This document shows, one piece after another, positions 1 through 13,990 of a stretch of 64,000 bases of DNA (position 1 is the first letter of the stretch; every line of letters starts with the position of its first letter). Origin of the DNA: Adineta vaga. Lineage: Eukaryota > Animalia > Rotifera. The notes below the pieces were generated by a model that was not told the origin of the DNA, ran no database searches, and saw only the letters and a program-made list of their open reading frames with translations. The position numbers and the translations under genes were made by a program. Location: positions 12,276,001-12,340,000 of the forward strand of contig CP075495.1 in assembly GCA_021613535.1 (NCBI GenBank), in the 5' to 3' direction.

Positions 1-49
1 GTATTCGATAGATTGAAAATATATTCTCTGTTTATTGAAATTATTTTAG

Positions 50-825
50 ACCCGTGTTATGGCGTCTTTCATCTCGACCAACATTGAAAGACTCGTATCG
101 TCTTCATTCGTATTTGACAGTTAAAGATCATACAATGTCATTAGCACATCATTATCATTCGAAATCATCAGTAAATTCATCCATTCATTTCAATGATTCA
201 CTCTACGATGTAAATAATTCTTTATCGTTGAATACTGGTGGTAAACAACCTCCGTCGTTATCATTGTCATCCTCTATTGAACTTGATCATCCATATTCAT
301 GTTCATCACGACGTGTCAGTCAAGCTTTGCGTACATTAGCTGAACCGCAACCTCCATCACCCTCATCACCACCACCATTATCATCATCCAATTCAATTTC
401 GACAACACAACAGATGATGCTCATGTCAACACCACCTACACCACCACCGTCATCAACGATAAATAATAATGATATAGATATTTCGCAACAAGACCAATCC
501 GAACAGCAACAATTTTATACAAAATCATCGACAATATCATCATTTGTTCTGTCTCCGGGGACACAATTTTTCTCTTCACATCATCAGTCATATGTTATTC
601 CGTCAACACTACCGCCTCCGTCGTCGTCGTCGTCATCACCATCGACAGCATCTCAGCAAACATCATCATCATCATCTTCGACTATTCAACCATCATCACC
701 AATATCAGCAAAACAAGCACCATCTTCATGTGGTCTTGTCCAATTAGTTCAGCTACATCGTATACATCCTCCAGCTAACACGCATAAATTTGCATCATCA
801 ACACCGGTGACTACATCCGATTCTT

Positions 826-827
<2 letters not shown>
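50..827 (+). CDS. Terminal exon of a gene that starts upstream of the window; Ser/Pro/Gln/His-rich low-complexity C-terminal tail, family unknown
   Basis: Acceptor ttattttag ends at 49; ~258-codon open frame with host-like codon use (tca/cca/caa) to TGA at 825-827; no recognisable domain. Confidence 0.65.
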
Positions 828-857
<30 letters not shown>

Positions 858-862
858 AATAT
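827..862. repeat. (AT)n microsatellite immediately after the stop codon
   Basis: atatatatataaatatatatatatatatataaatat. Confidence 0.9.
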
Positions 863-2989
863 GTGTTTCTCTGGTTTTTATCATCATTATGGGCTTGTAT
901 CCCTTTAATGTGTATGCGCGCGTGTGCGTATGTATATTTGTTCTTGTGTTTTCTTGCCCATTATTTTGGTTTGTTTGTTGTTTCATTCATTCATGCTCCT
1001 TCATTTTTTTTCTTTTTCCTTCTTTTTTTATGTCTGTTTGTTTGTTTGTTTGTGTGTATGTGTGATCATTATCTCTTGTTGTTCGAACAGATGAATCTCG
1101 AGAAGATCAAAGCTCGACGTTTTGTTTTCCTCGATTAACAAAGTATACATGATCACACACAAAAAAAGTAACTATAACAAAAAAAAACTTAGGAAAAAAA
1201 CCATTTCTTTGTATCTCTTTTTTTTGTTCTTTTGTGCGCGTGCGTCTATACACATTTCTTGGGTAAAACATTTCTTTCGTTTATGAAAGCAATTGAATGA
1301 TGATAGTGAATAAAAACCAGTCACACATCATACACTTATATTTCATGGTTGAGATGAAGAAAAACTACCGAGAATCAATTTAGTTTTTATATGATCAAAA
1401 AGCGAACAATTATAATTTCATATTTGAAAAAAGAAACTATGACTAATAGTCAAAAAAGAAATAGTTTTGTAATTGTTCATAGAATTGATGCGGTTCATCG
1501 TCATAGAAACTAATAGATCTTCGAGTTTCTTTTCTTAACTACAACTTTTAACAATGCATAATGACCTTTATATTTTAAATATACTCAATCAAAAATAATA
1601 TTGATTATTGTTTCATTGCAACTAGTGCACAAGAAGCCATAAAAATGCAAAAATTCATTTTTTAATGTACACTATACGATCTATCATGTCAAGATATAAT
1701 TACTAAAATATGATTTTGTTCGTTAGAAAACCTATTATTTACATTCATCATTGTATTGTCACTTTCTTCTGTTTATAATAATGAAATGATCACACATGAT
1801 CTTTCTTTTTGTTGTTGACAAAGAACAGATCGTAACGATTTCGATTAGTTGTGTTATTATCTGATGACAAATTACTTGATAGAAGTTTAAGTCAATATAA
1901 TCGAATATTTGAAATTTGTTTAAGAATTTAAAATCATTTCAAACACTTCCTCTAACAGTTGAAAATGAAACAAACTGTTGTACGATAATAAATTGATATA
2001 GGCTAAATATATCAATCATCTGTGTCCTAAAACACCGATAAAATAAAATAAACAGATGATACTTAACAGTATATATATATATATATATATAGATTGCATG
2101 TTGTAATCATAAAAACAACTTGTTCTGTCAGCACGATTCATACAATCTTTTTATCATGTTGCTAATGCAATAAGTCAGACCATAGAACATGCGTAACTTA
2201 TGTATTCAATGCAATCCTGTCTCTATAGGGCAGATTATTTAATGTAAGAAGTATTTATCAATGACATATTCAAAAGAATGAAGAGATCTATGAAAGATAG
2301 ACCAATAGAAAAAAGAACTACTAATAAAAAGATGATAGAATTATGATTAATCAGCAAAGAATTGAATATAGATAAAGTGAGATATAAAACAATTTTTAGT
2401 TATTTATTTCATCTCTACGAAGTATCGTATCATCGATTTGTAGAACATTTGCTCATATTTAAAGCAATTTAAAAATTACAGGAAGAGATTGTATTTATAT
2501 TAATAAGTGTTTATCCAAAGTTATTCTGTAGGATCATTTCTCAATCTTACTATCTTTTCATCTATTTAGATAAAACATTTGTTTTTAATAAATCAACGTT
2601 CACCATGAAAGCTTGTCTTAAGATAATCAATATCGATTAAAGAAATACTTCATATAACTTTGTTAGTAGCAGTTTTCATTTTTAAATTGGAAGTTCACAT
2701 TGGTTTAAAACATATTATCGATTGTTCTATCATTATAGAAAGATACAATTGATGTTCTTATATTTTGATGCTTTCTTTCAAAAACGATCACTCTCACGCA
2801 CAGAAAGTAATGAAGAAAACCTGAATTAGATGCTTTTCCTTAACTATAACATATGGCGAAAATCGTTCAAAGAAGTTTTAAATAAGACAAAAGAAAAACA
2901 GAGAACATCGAGCAAAAAAAACGAAAGAATGTCGTATGTATAACGGCTGTGCTAGAGAAGACAAAGAAAACGTTAAAGTTCGTAAATGT

Positions 2990-3517
2990 TTATGAAACAT
3001 ATGAAAAGGCAGCAGTTGCTGTATTATTCGTATCTTGTTTTTGACCAAAACTGAAAAGTCGATGTTGTTTCGATTGATCTTTATGAACACTATCATGTGT
3101 ATATCTTACGAAAGTATCATATTGTTCAGTAAGTTTCGTCGATAGAAGTTGTTCATACTGTTCACGTATAGATCGATCTTGTTCGCGTAAAAGACGAGCA
3201 CACATTTGAGCAGTTTGTGTATAAGTAAACATAGGAATATCATCGGTTGTTGCTGTTGTTGATGATGTTGAATTTAAAGCAGTGAGTGAACAGGGCTTTT
3301 TCAAAACTAATGATGCATTTTTCGATGGAGATGAAGTAAATATCGATTGTTGTTGTTTTGATGGTGAAGATGGATTGGTATTATTTGTAAATGTTGTTGA
3401 TGAAGATGATACTGGTGATGATGGTGGTGATAATTTCATTTCGGCTCGTTTTCTTTTAACACCTTGTTCAACAGGATCGAATTCCAATGAACGTTTAAGT
3501 GATGCAACGGCTAACAT
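2990..3517 (-). CDS. AKIRIN: Akirin (nuclear adaptor in NF-kB signalling and proteasome import); intronless CDS
   Basis: N-terminal LKRSLEFDP..KRKR NLS; FTYTQTAQMCARLLREQDRSIREQYEQLLSTKLTEQYDTFVRYTHD core; C-terminal SYVS motif. Confidence 0.96.
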   Translation of the reverse strand: MLAVASLKRSLEFDPVEQGVKRKRAEMKLSPPSSPVSSSSTTFTNNTNPSSPSKQQQSIFTSSPSKNASLVLKKPCSLTALNSTSSTTATTDDIPMFTYTQTAQMCARLLREQDRSIREQYEQLLSTKLTEQYDTFVRYTHDSVHKDQSKQHRLFSFGQKQDTNNTATAAFSYVS

Positions 3518-5473
3518 TGTTTTTTAATATTAATTAAGAGGAACTCGAAAAGACGAAAAGAAGAACAGAGTCCTAAAAGTGAAAAAAATATAGTTATTAA
3601 TATCTGAAGATAAAACTTATCATTCGTATGGGAATATAATCGAATGAGAAATATGTCTGTATTAGATTATTATTTTTTCTTCTGTGGAGGAGATGCTATA
3701 AACACTTATGCTTTGTCTCATGTTTACTAACCAATCATATGACCTAAATAATTTGAATGAGAAAGAGAAAATATTTGTTTATCTATTTTTCTAAGAAAAA
3801 GCTGTTAGGATCTAATAAAAAACAAAATTTAAGAAAAACTAATAGTTTTTTCTTAATTTCATTTTTATAGTAAGCAAAAAATAAATAGATGGCAGTGTTA
3901 CTTCAAGTATTTCTATTGGTTATATTATAATATCATAATGAAACGAAATGAAAAAAGAGAAAGAGGAAAATGGAATGGAGATCCTTCTTAGCAATTATTT
4001 AAGAAAATATCAGAAATATGTATTGAGCTATAGAAAGTGTAAATTAGAAAATTATGTTCGATAACGATAGACAAATGTTTGTGATTGATGATGAAGAAGA
4101 ATGAGAATATATTTCTTCCTACTGATCAATTTCTATACTGGAAGGTTATTTTATTATTTGGAACATCAGACTGTTTGTATATCCTGGAACTGGTTGATTT
4201 TGTCTCGTATACTCTTTAACCTGAGACAATATATCCTATTCAGAAAAAAAGTTCTTCTTATTCCATCTCGATGAATATCATTTTATTAAAAAATCAAGGT
4301 CTTTCTACTTTTATTTATTTGATGTGATCTTCAACGATCGCAATACTTAAATCCATTTGATTCAGTAGCATACTGTTCATCTTGTTCAGATTTGAAATCA
4401 AAAGTATTATCTTCGAAGAAAAGAGAAAAATCGTGTATAATTTTTGAGAAAGTTTGATAAAAAATAAAGATACATTTTTACCAAAAGAAAGGTAATTTAT
4501 TCCTTATAAGTTGATGGAAGAATTTTTTATGAAGATATGATTGTCGATAAGTATAATTTATCTTTCTCTTACATCTGTATTCCATTGTATTATCGTACGT
4601 TGTCATTTATGGTTCGATTGATGAAATCCCATAGCGCTGGATAGATAACAAGTAATGTCACTATTATAAATCTACGCCTGAAGAGAAGAAAGACAGGTTT
4701 TATCGGTTTATACTTCAATATGACCTTTAAAATTTATTAATGTCTGGCTTAGTTCTTTTCTCTGATAATTAAACTTGAAAAAAAGGTTTTTGCCAGTTTA
4801 TAATAAATCTACTTCGTAATAAATGTCATCTGAGAAGTGAGCAACTAAATAACGCCATCTATATCCCAATTGATTGTCATTCGATCATGTGTCGTATCCA
4901 TTGAAAAATGTATGTTTTCCTTTTCTTTTCTTTATCTTTCCTTTTGATGCATGCATACATACATGCCGTCATTCGGTTCGGCAATGATCATCATCTGATC
5001 CTCGACTTGCAAGTAGAAACGAGTGATGTTTATGTTTAACTATGTCGTTCGATGTATTTTTTCCTTGTTTCCTGAGAAATTTTTCGCTTTAAGATAAATA
5101 AATATTTTTTCCACGTCTAATCCCTTTCATTTTTATCTGTATCATTCTTCTTTTCCTTTCCTATATAAAGCCATCTGACTCTTTAAATCGAAATGACACC
5201 TATTACTACTTTTTTCTTCTATTTCATTGTGTACTTCGCTTATAGCGATACTCCTAAAGTACGACATTAAAGTATCGATCGATATTAAACACTCAATAAT
5301 ATTCTCTTTTGCATATATGAATATAAAAAAGGAAAAAGAAGAGAAAAAAGCTTTCTATTTACACAAAATACATTTTGAGAAGTTCTTGAACTTCTCTTTT
5401 TTTCTCCTTCTCTACATGTTGACATTCTTTTTTTTTGTTTTTTCTCATAGATTCAATTTTTTTCGTCCAACTG

Positions 5474-8400
5474 ATGACATCATCAGATTGTTTATCTTCG
5501 AATAACCATCATCCTCGTCTGTCAACTATACCACGTTTTAATTTATCTGTACCATCGACTGTAAATAGCAATGATGAATTGAAAAAATCTTCATCATGTG
5601 CCACAACTCCGACATCGACATCACCGGCTAATTTTTATACTCCATCTCCTTTACTTCAATCTCGTTTTCCTCAACCAAGTCCATTTGCTTTTCCGCGATT
5701 TCCACTACCACCACCACCACCAACATCACAAGCTCCACAATTGTTGAGGAGAACAATTCATTTCAAACCTCCTGAACAAGATGTACTTGATAAGAACTTT
5801 TTTCAGACATTTAACATGGAGGAGAAAGAAGAGAAACCAGTAAATCAGACTTCAGACAAAATTACGACCGGTAATGATGTTTTTTCAACGAAAGAAATTA
5901 TTTCATTGTTGCTTCTCTTGAAAAGGTCTAACAGCTTCTACTCGTCTGCCTAGTGATAATCCGAATCTGATTGATATGAACATAGATCCACCATCTGCTG
6001 AGTTATTGAATGGTAATGTATTTGAACTATTTGATCCATTACAACAACCAAATCGACCTCATTCTTGGCCAGCAAAATTAAATGAAGCTGGAACAACAAC
6101 AACAACGAACACCCCACCATTTGTGACGCCAACGAGTGAAATATCACCCACATCTACAGGAGGTCTACCAAAATCACCAGGAATGTCATCCCCATCTTCA
6201 TATCCCTATCCAATTAAATTACGATTAAAACTAGCGACATTTCCTGAAATGAAACCTTTTAGTCATCTTGTTCAACAAATTCGAGATGAACATCAAATAG
6301 AACAGGTATATAACAACTCATTTAATTCTTTCTATTTCATATTTTATCAACCAACAGTTTTACAGATAGTTTTATAAGTATTTGTCAATATTATTTTGAC
6401 ACAATACTAATGAATAATATTGTTCCAATCGTAAAAAGATCGACGAATAAGAGTAAATTTTAGTATACAAAAAAGTAAATGATATTGATACCTCGCAGAA
6501 TATAAATGAAAACTTGACCTTGATGATGAAATATACAAGCTACCTAATCGAATACTTATATCCAAATACAAGAATAAATTAGTTCTTGAATACGCTTGGA
6601 ATATAAAAATAAAATTAAAAAACAATAATCACCCGTGATCTACATAATAATTTCAATTTTTACTACCATTAGATTATGTACTAAAATGTTGCTTTATTTT
6701 TCATCATTAGACATCAGTAGAAGAAATCTTTTATTGTAAACGTGTTCAACGTTTAACGCCTCAACATCTTGAACAAAAACAATTACCTGTTACATTACAT
6801 ATATTTGTGGATGGTGCAAAAGAACCTTTTCGTTTAACAAAAATAAGTTTACAATCAACAGTTGCACATATTCTCTATCAATTACTTGAAATTACACAAT
6901 TTGATTATGATCAATCTATACTTAAATTACGTTCACGAGAAGAATATCTACGTAATGAAGATGTTCTATGTGATATTGAATATGTTTATAATTGTATTAA
7001 TTCTTTAAAACAGTTACAATTTGTACTTGTACAAAAGCCAACTTATACATCACAAGAGCAACAACAAACAAGTTCTATTAGTTTTGAACAATTCTGTTTA
7101 GATCAACAAGCAAAAACTTATTATACATTGACATCATCACTTGATACATCTACTAAATCACCAGCAATCAAAAAATCGAGGTCTGTTTTAGTTATACGTG
7201 AACTTCCTTTAAAGTGTGTTTCTTCATCTTTTTTTCTTAGATCTCCGCATGGATTATCAAGTTTACATCGAACAAAATCTTTGAATGTGAACAAACAAGC
7301 TTCAATTCTCATCAAGCACATATCGCACATTCATCAACTGCACCATTTCTTGCATCTGATCCTCGTTGGTTAGATGAATTTCGAAAAGATATTAATCTCA
7401 TACTTTCACAGATTGAACAACGTTTCAATCGTCTTGTGATATCTCATCAACCACAACCATCTATAAATGAACAAATCAAACTTATCAATGAATTAATTGG
7501 TTTCATACGAAATATTCAAGTCACATGTTCATATATACAATCATCATTAATTGTTGAAAAACAACGTGAATTAAAAATTTATGCTGATCAATTAATAAGA
7601 AAATCTCAAACTGATCATGAACAACAAATCTCACCACAAATACATCAAACTCTACAAAGATTATTATATGATTTTCTTGTTACACTGGTGAATTATATTC
7701 AAACATATTGTCATGCATATTTAATTCCCTACGAAGTAGAACTATATGATACGGAAAATAAAATAATAGATATTGATCGATTGAAATATTCTGTAAGTAT
7801 ATTTTAATGATTGAATGGAATTCATTCTATTGATCTTCTTTTATAGACAATAACAAAACCTGTAATTTCACATCCAATAACAGAGTCATTCGATCCATTT
7901 AGTGTGTATATTGATAGTCTATTTTCTATACCATCCGATTCGAATATAAAATCGATTCGTATTATTGTTCGTCTTTGTTATGGAAACGAAACAAAAGCAC
8001 GAGGAATGAGTGAATCAATGGCAATTTTACGTAATAATTATCATAGTGATACTGTTTCATTAAAACCACAAGTTCGCTTTAATCAATGGATTTCATTTGA
8101 TGATGCACGTCATTGTGCATTACAACGTGAAGCACTTCTTCTGTTTGAAATCTATGCAAGTTTCATTGATGAAATGGATCTATCATCATCACCTTTATAC
8201 GAAGTTTTCGATGGTATTCCAATGCGTATGATTGGTTGGTGTTCTCAAGCATTATTTGATGATAAACAGCATCTTATAACTGGTGAACGTTATCTAGGTA
8301 TTTTCGATGCAACAACAACGATTCGAACGGGTTTTTATTCATTAAGAAATGTTTTTGAACGTAATTGTCCAGTGTTAAGTGTTTCATTTCTTGATCAAGC

Positions 8401-11400
8401 ATTTATTTTACCTGAAATACAAGCGAGAAATGATATGCATGCAGTAAATTTTACTGAAATAAGTCGAGATAAACAAGAAACATTATCTCGATTACTTAAA
8501 CGACCAAGTTTATTATTAGTAGATCATAGTGCTATGACAACAAGTGATAATCGAAAATCACAGTTCGCATTGAATACATCCGATGAAGGTATGATTTTGA
8601 ACTTTTAATTGAATAATCTCAATAGTTTTGTTTTTCTAGAACGTGAATTTTCCATGGACGAATGTCATTTTCTTTGGTCTCATCGTCACATTGTTCTTCG
8701 TAAATCCTATGCTTTACCTAAGTTACTCAAATCTCGTTCAGTATGGGATTATCCAAGTTTAATCGATATCTATGCACTTCTCAATGAAGTGACACAAAAT
8801 CGTACTATTGATGAAATTGAAGCATTAGAACTACTTCTTCCAGCTTTCCCTGATATGTATATTCGTGAATATGCATATAAATCATTAATATCATGTTTAA
8901 AATCTTCTGATCTTCTCATTTATTTACCACAATTATTACAAATAATTAAATTTGATTATAGCCATTCATCTATCCTTATCGAATATTTACTTAAACAATC
9001 TCTTCTCGATCATCGTTTAGCACATAAACTATATTGGCATTTGAGACAATTACTTATTACAGAACATTTACATTATATACGTTATTATTATTTCTTTCTT
9101 TCATTACTTTATGTATTAGATGAAAATTTTCGTAATGAATTACAACATGAATATAACTTATGTTTAAATTTGAAAAGTATTGGTTTAAAATTGAAATCCT
9201 ATAAAGCAAATAATAAAGGCAATTTTCTCTTTGAACAATTAAAAGAAATTAATAGTGGTTTTTTTCAATCAAATAAATTAACATGTCGTTTACCATGTCA
9301 ATTTAATTTTATGACAAATAGTTTGGATGTTAATTCATGTTCATTCTACAATTCATTGACAGTACCAATAAAACTTGTTTTTAATCCACTGGATTCATCA
9401 TGTGAAAAATATTATTCGATTTATAAGATCGGAGATGATTTACGAGTAAATTTTATATTTAAGATGAAAAAAATTTCTTTTCTTTTTTTTTAAAATCGTT
9501 TAGCAAGATCAAATTGTTCTTCAATTATTTTCATGTATGGATAGAATTTGGAAAGCAAATGATTTTGATTTTCGTTTAAGTTTATTTAATGTTGTTCAAA
9601 CACAAGAACGATGTGGATTTATTGAAATGATTACAGAAAGTGAAACATTAAGAGAAATTGAATCACGTTCAGGAACAATAAAAGGTTCATTTGGTGAATC
9701 GGCTCTATATGATTGGTTACGTTTACATAATACTACTGAACGAGAATTTCGTACTGCTCTAGAAAATTTAACATATTCATGTGCAGCATATTGTGTGGCA
9801 ACATATATCTTAGGTATTGGTGATAGACATAATGATAATATTATGGTTAAACAATCAGGACATTTATTTCATATTGATTTTGGAAAATATCTAGGAGATA
9901 CACAGAAATTTGGTTGGTTTAATCGGTAAGTTTAAATTGAAAGAACTTTGTTTTTGCATTGGAAACATATTTGTAGTGATCGTGCTCCATTTGTATTTAC
10001 GAAACAAATGCTCTATGCGATGTCAGATGGTGGTACATCGAATGATGCTTTACATCGTTTCGTTGATTTATGTTGTAATGCATTTTGTACAATCCGTCAA
10101 AATTCGTCATTACTTCTCTTACTTCTTTCACATCTATGTTCATCAAATGTATCCAATCTTAATTATGATGCTGTTCGATTTGTCTATGATCGTCTATCAC
10201 CTTCAACAAACTATGCTGATAGTATCACACATTTTACTGAATTAATCGTTGATAGTTTAAATTCGACTTGGACAACATTAAATTTTCTTATTCATACATT
10301 TGCACAAACAACAAGTTTAACTGGTTCATCCAATGTCATTCCTATGGGAACAACTTTATCGTTTGTACCGAAAACGTATACAATTGCAACGGATGGAAAA
10401 ATCAAATCCGCTCAAGTTGTTAGTTATGAAAAACGATCTCATCCAACAAAACACTATGTATATAAAGTTAAAGTTGAACGTGAAAATATCAATGATTCCA
10501 CAATGATACATTATCAAAATAGTAAAAGTTTATATAGTACATATCATTATCGTACTTATAACGAATGTTATGAATTTTTCGAACGTTTAAACAAACAATT
10601 TCCATTGGTTAATTTGGACTTGAAATTTTCTCGTCAAACTGAAGATAAAATTGTTGCCCAACGACGTGTTAGTGATATTAATGATTTTCTCAGGAAATTA
10701 TTTCAATTAACAATCGAAGTTATCGAAGTAAGTCATGTCGTTATTTTTCAATGAACGAACTTGTTTCTCTTCGATTATTCTAGTCTGATCTTGTCATTAC
10801 ATTCTTTCATAAAATTCAACAAGATCAACAAATCAATGATACGAAAGAAAAATCTCATGATGGTAAACTTTATTAGATAGTACTTTCCATATCATTTCTC
10901 CTCTTTCTTTACAGATTTTTCATCTCGTTCATCCTATGAGAATTCATCGAATAATCAAGCGAAAATTCGTATACAATTAAAATATGATAATGGTAAACTA
11001 TTTGTCATGGTTCGTTATGCAAATAATTTGGTATGATAGAAAGACTGAAAACTTTTATAAAAACAAAAACGGTTTTATTTTAGCCATTGATCAGTGGTAA
11101 TGATCCAAATCCATATTGTAAATGTTATCTATTTCCAGATGAATGTAAATCAACAAAACAGAAAGGTAAAACAGTTATGAATACAAGAAATCCAATTTTT
11201 AATGATACGGTAAAATAGATAAACTTCGTAAATATTTAGTTATCCTTTCGTTGTTTTAGTTTACCTATCAAATGGATTTATCAGAAATACAAAAGTAAGA
11301 TTGGCTATTGAATGAATCATTAAGAATTTGTATGTTTGTATTTAGACGTCTTCTGCGTGTCAGTATATGGAATAATGTTCTAACGAGTGGTAACCGTGGC

Positions 11401-11490
11401 TTAGGTGAAGTCGATATTGTTCTTTCTCAAATCGATTGGTCGAAAGAAAATGCTCGTGATTATACATTTTCATCTTCAATTGACACATGA
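5474..11490 (+). CDS. PIK3C2: Class II phosphatidylinositol 3-kinase (RBD, C2, helical, kinase, PX, C2); multi-exon
   Basis: KIGDDLR|QDQ, GIGDRHNDNIM and HIDFGKYLG catalytic motifs; PIK helical LPKLL..YLPQLLQ; PX (YEKR..YVYKVKV..YRTYNE) and C-terminal C2 (PNPYCKCYLFPD, NPIFNDT) are diagnostic of class II; ATG 5474, TGA 11488-11490. Confidence 0.95.
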
Positions 11491-11835
11491 ACAGAATATT
11501 TTTTTTCTCTGGTGCTCTTTGTCTACTAGAAATTGAAACCGGTAAATTGAATGAAAACAATTTGACGGTTTTTCTCTCTCTCTCTTTTATCTTTTCGAAT
11601 TCTTATTTAGTTCTATTCTTTTTGTCTGCTTACTTCCAGTGTATTTGTATATACGTATAACTTTCAGTTGTCAAATTGTCATTTTAGTCACTTTTTCTCT
11701 TACTCTCTCTTCTCTTTCCCGTTTAATGTGATTCTATATGGCAACAAAGAAGAAAAAAAAAACTAATTATGGAAAAAATAACAAAATAAAATCTTCAGGA
11801 ATTGAATAATTGTTTCTTTTTCTTTCAGATATTTC

Positions 11836-13289
11836 ATGTCGAATAGTCGTTATACACGAACAACAACTGATGTTCTCAGTTTACGTTTCAATCAAGACTC
11901 AAGTATGAAATTTCTAATCGAAGAAAACTTACTAAATAACTTTCTTGAATTTATAGGTTGTTTTATTTGTGCTACATGTGATGGTATTCGAATATTTAAT
12001 GTTGAACCATTTGCTCAAAAAAGTTTTCTCGGTAAAAGAAAATACGATTTATTAAAAATTGAATATATTTATCTTGTTATTCTATTAGATGTTGGTCGTG
12101 TTACCTATGCGGAAATGCTCTATCGTACAAATTTAATTGCATATGTACCTGCTGATCATGTTACTGGCTTACCATCAAATGTTGGTAAGACGAAATGATT
12201 TATAAGTTTGATTTTTTTTGTATAAAGTTATTTTAATCATTTTAGTGAATGTATATGATGATGAACGAAAAACACATGTACTCGAACTTTGTTTTAGTCT
12301 ATCTGTGGTTTCTATCCGAATGTCAAGAACAAGGTTTGATTATATAACATAGAATTTTTTATCGATATCAATTAGTTTAATTTTTATAGACTTATTGTTG
12401 TACTTGTTAGCAAGATTCATATCTTCTCTTTTCCTAATCAATGTCGACTTTTACATACGATTGAAACAAAAGATAATCCAAGAGGTATGTATTACATACA
12501 ATTCTATTCAATAACAAGTCTCTATATTTTAATTGTATGTATATAGGACTTTGTGAATTATCAAATAATGATGGATCATTATTGGTATTTCCTTTTAATG
12601 CAAAGACAAAAGGTGGTTTTGTCCAATTTTTAGTAAGTTAAATTGAATTTAAAGTTGATATTATTATGCAAATAAACTATTGTCAATTTTCTATTGATAT
12701 TTAGAATATGAATGGAATTGAAAATGATATGTCTTATAATCCACGTATAATTCAAGCTCATACAAGTGAATTAGCAGCTATTGCACTTAATCAAATGGGA
12801 ACATTATTAGCTACTGCTTCTAAACGTGTATGTTAAAAGAAGAAAAAAAAGGATGTTAACGACGAATCCTTTCTTCTTTTCTAGGGTACATTGATACGTG
12901 TGTTTTCAACGACAGGTTTATGTGAAAAATTATATGAATTTCGTCGTGGATCCGATACCGCTGATATACATAGTATTGCCTTTAGTTTTGATTCCAGTTT
13001 TCTCTGTGTTTCAAGTGATAAAGGTACTGTTCATTTATATGGAATACGAGATCCAAAATTGAATCGAATGGTTTCAATTCACCATGCATTGAACGAAGCA
13101 TTTGGTGATCTATGTAATTTTAAAGTCGCAATTGAATGGCCATGTATATGTGCCTTTTCCGGTCCAAGCCATGTTATTGCCGCAAGTTTTGATGGTACAT
13201 TTCATAAACATATATTTACAACAGATGGAAAATGTAACCGAGAAGAATTTGAACTGTATCTAGACGGAATAGACGGATGTGATTTTTAA
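11836..13289 (+). CDS. WDR45: WIPI4/WDR45-type PROPPIN (PI3P-binding autophagy beta-propeller); multi-exon
   Basis: VLSLRFNQDS.CF..GIRIFNVEP; AHTSELAAIALNQMGTLLATASKRGTLIRVF; EFRRG; SSDKGTVHLY; C-terminal GKCNREEFELYLD..DF resembles WDR45. Confidence 0.88.
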
Positions 13290-13990
13290 TATTGATACTT
13301 TTCTGTTTGCTTTTTTTCTTCTGTATATTTTTTTGTATATATGTATGATATGATCTTTTTTTTTCACGAATATCAGACATACAGTGCGATATAAAGAAAG
13401 CAATAAGTAAGACACTTTTTTGTATCATTTCATAGTCGATACAGAATACATTTTACACTATGCTTTGATCTATCAGGCAATTATAAATAGAAAATGAAAC
13501 TTTGATTTGTAGTTACAAAAAAAAAAGATTAATATATCGTTTCACATTTGATTTATTCTGTAATGGTTGTTATTAACGACGAGATTTCAATTGAGTTTAT
13601 ATCCATCTATCAAATATCATCTTAAGAAACACTTCGTCAGATAGAGTATATATGTAATCAAAATCGTTCTTATCTGACTAAAAGTGACCTCTATCAGTCA
13701 TCACTCTTACAATGTTTATCACCATGGTAAACGATACAAAATGAATTAAAAGTATGGTTTAAAAAAATGAATAGTACAAGTAATGAGAGGGTATTAAGAA
13801 AGAAGCAAATAAAGCACTAGTAAAAAAAGACAACCATGCTGCTATCGACGAAATTATAAATCGGGGCTTCAGACTTTTAATAGTCAGATATAAAAAAAAG
13901 GCATCGAAACACATCGATCAATTATTTATAAGAATTCTTTCGTAAAAATCATTTTTTCTTAACAAAATTCAAAAAAAAATATTATTAACA

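Noticed and set aside
798-1138. Short hydrophobic or Lys-rich ORFs in UTR and intergenic DNA (also 34287-34712, 30697-30970, 20830-21039, 58998-59446)
   Set aside because: Translations of T-rich or microsatellite UTR sequence, or antisense shadows; no domain and no splice support
4084-4130. ATGATGA...CTGA pair with a short stem upstream of Akirin
   Set aside because: Only ~45 nt long, no internal C'/D' boxes, no recognisable rRNA guide
13712-13732. X-box-like palindrome (atcaccatggtaaac) upstream of CDKL5
   Set aside because: Spacing deviates from the RFX consensus; cannot be distinguished from chance
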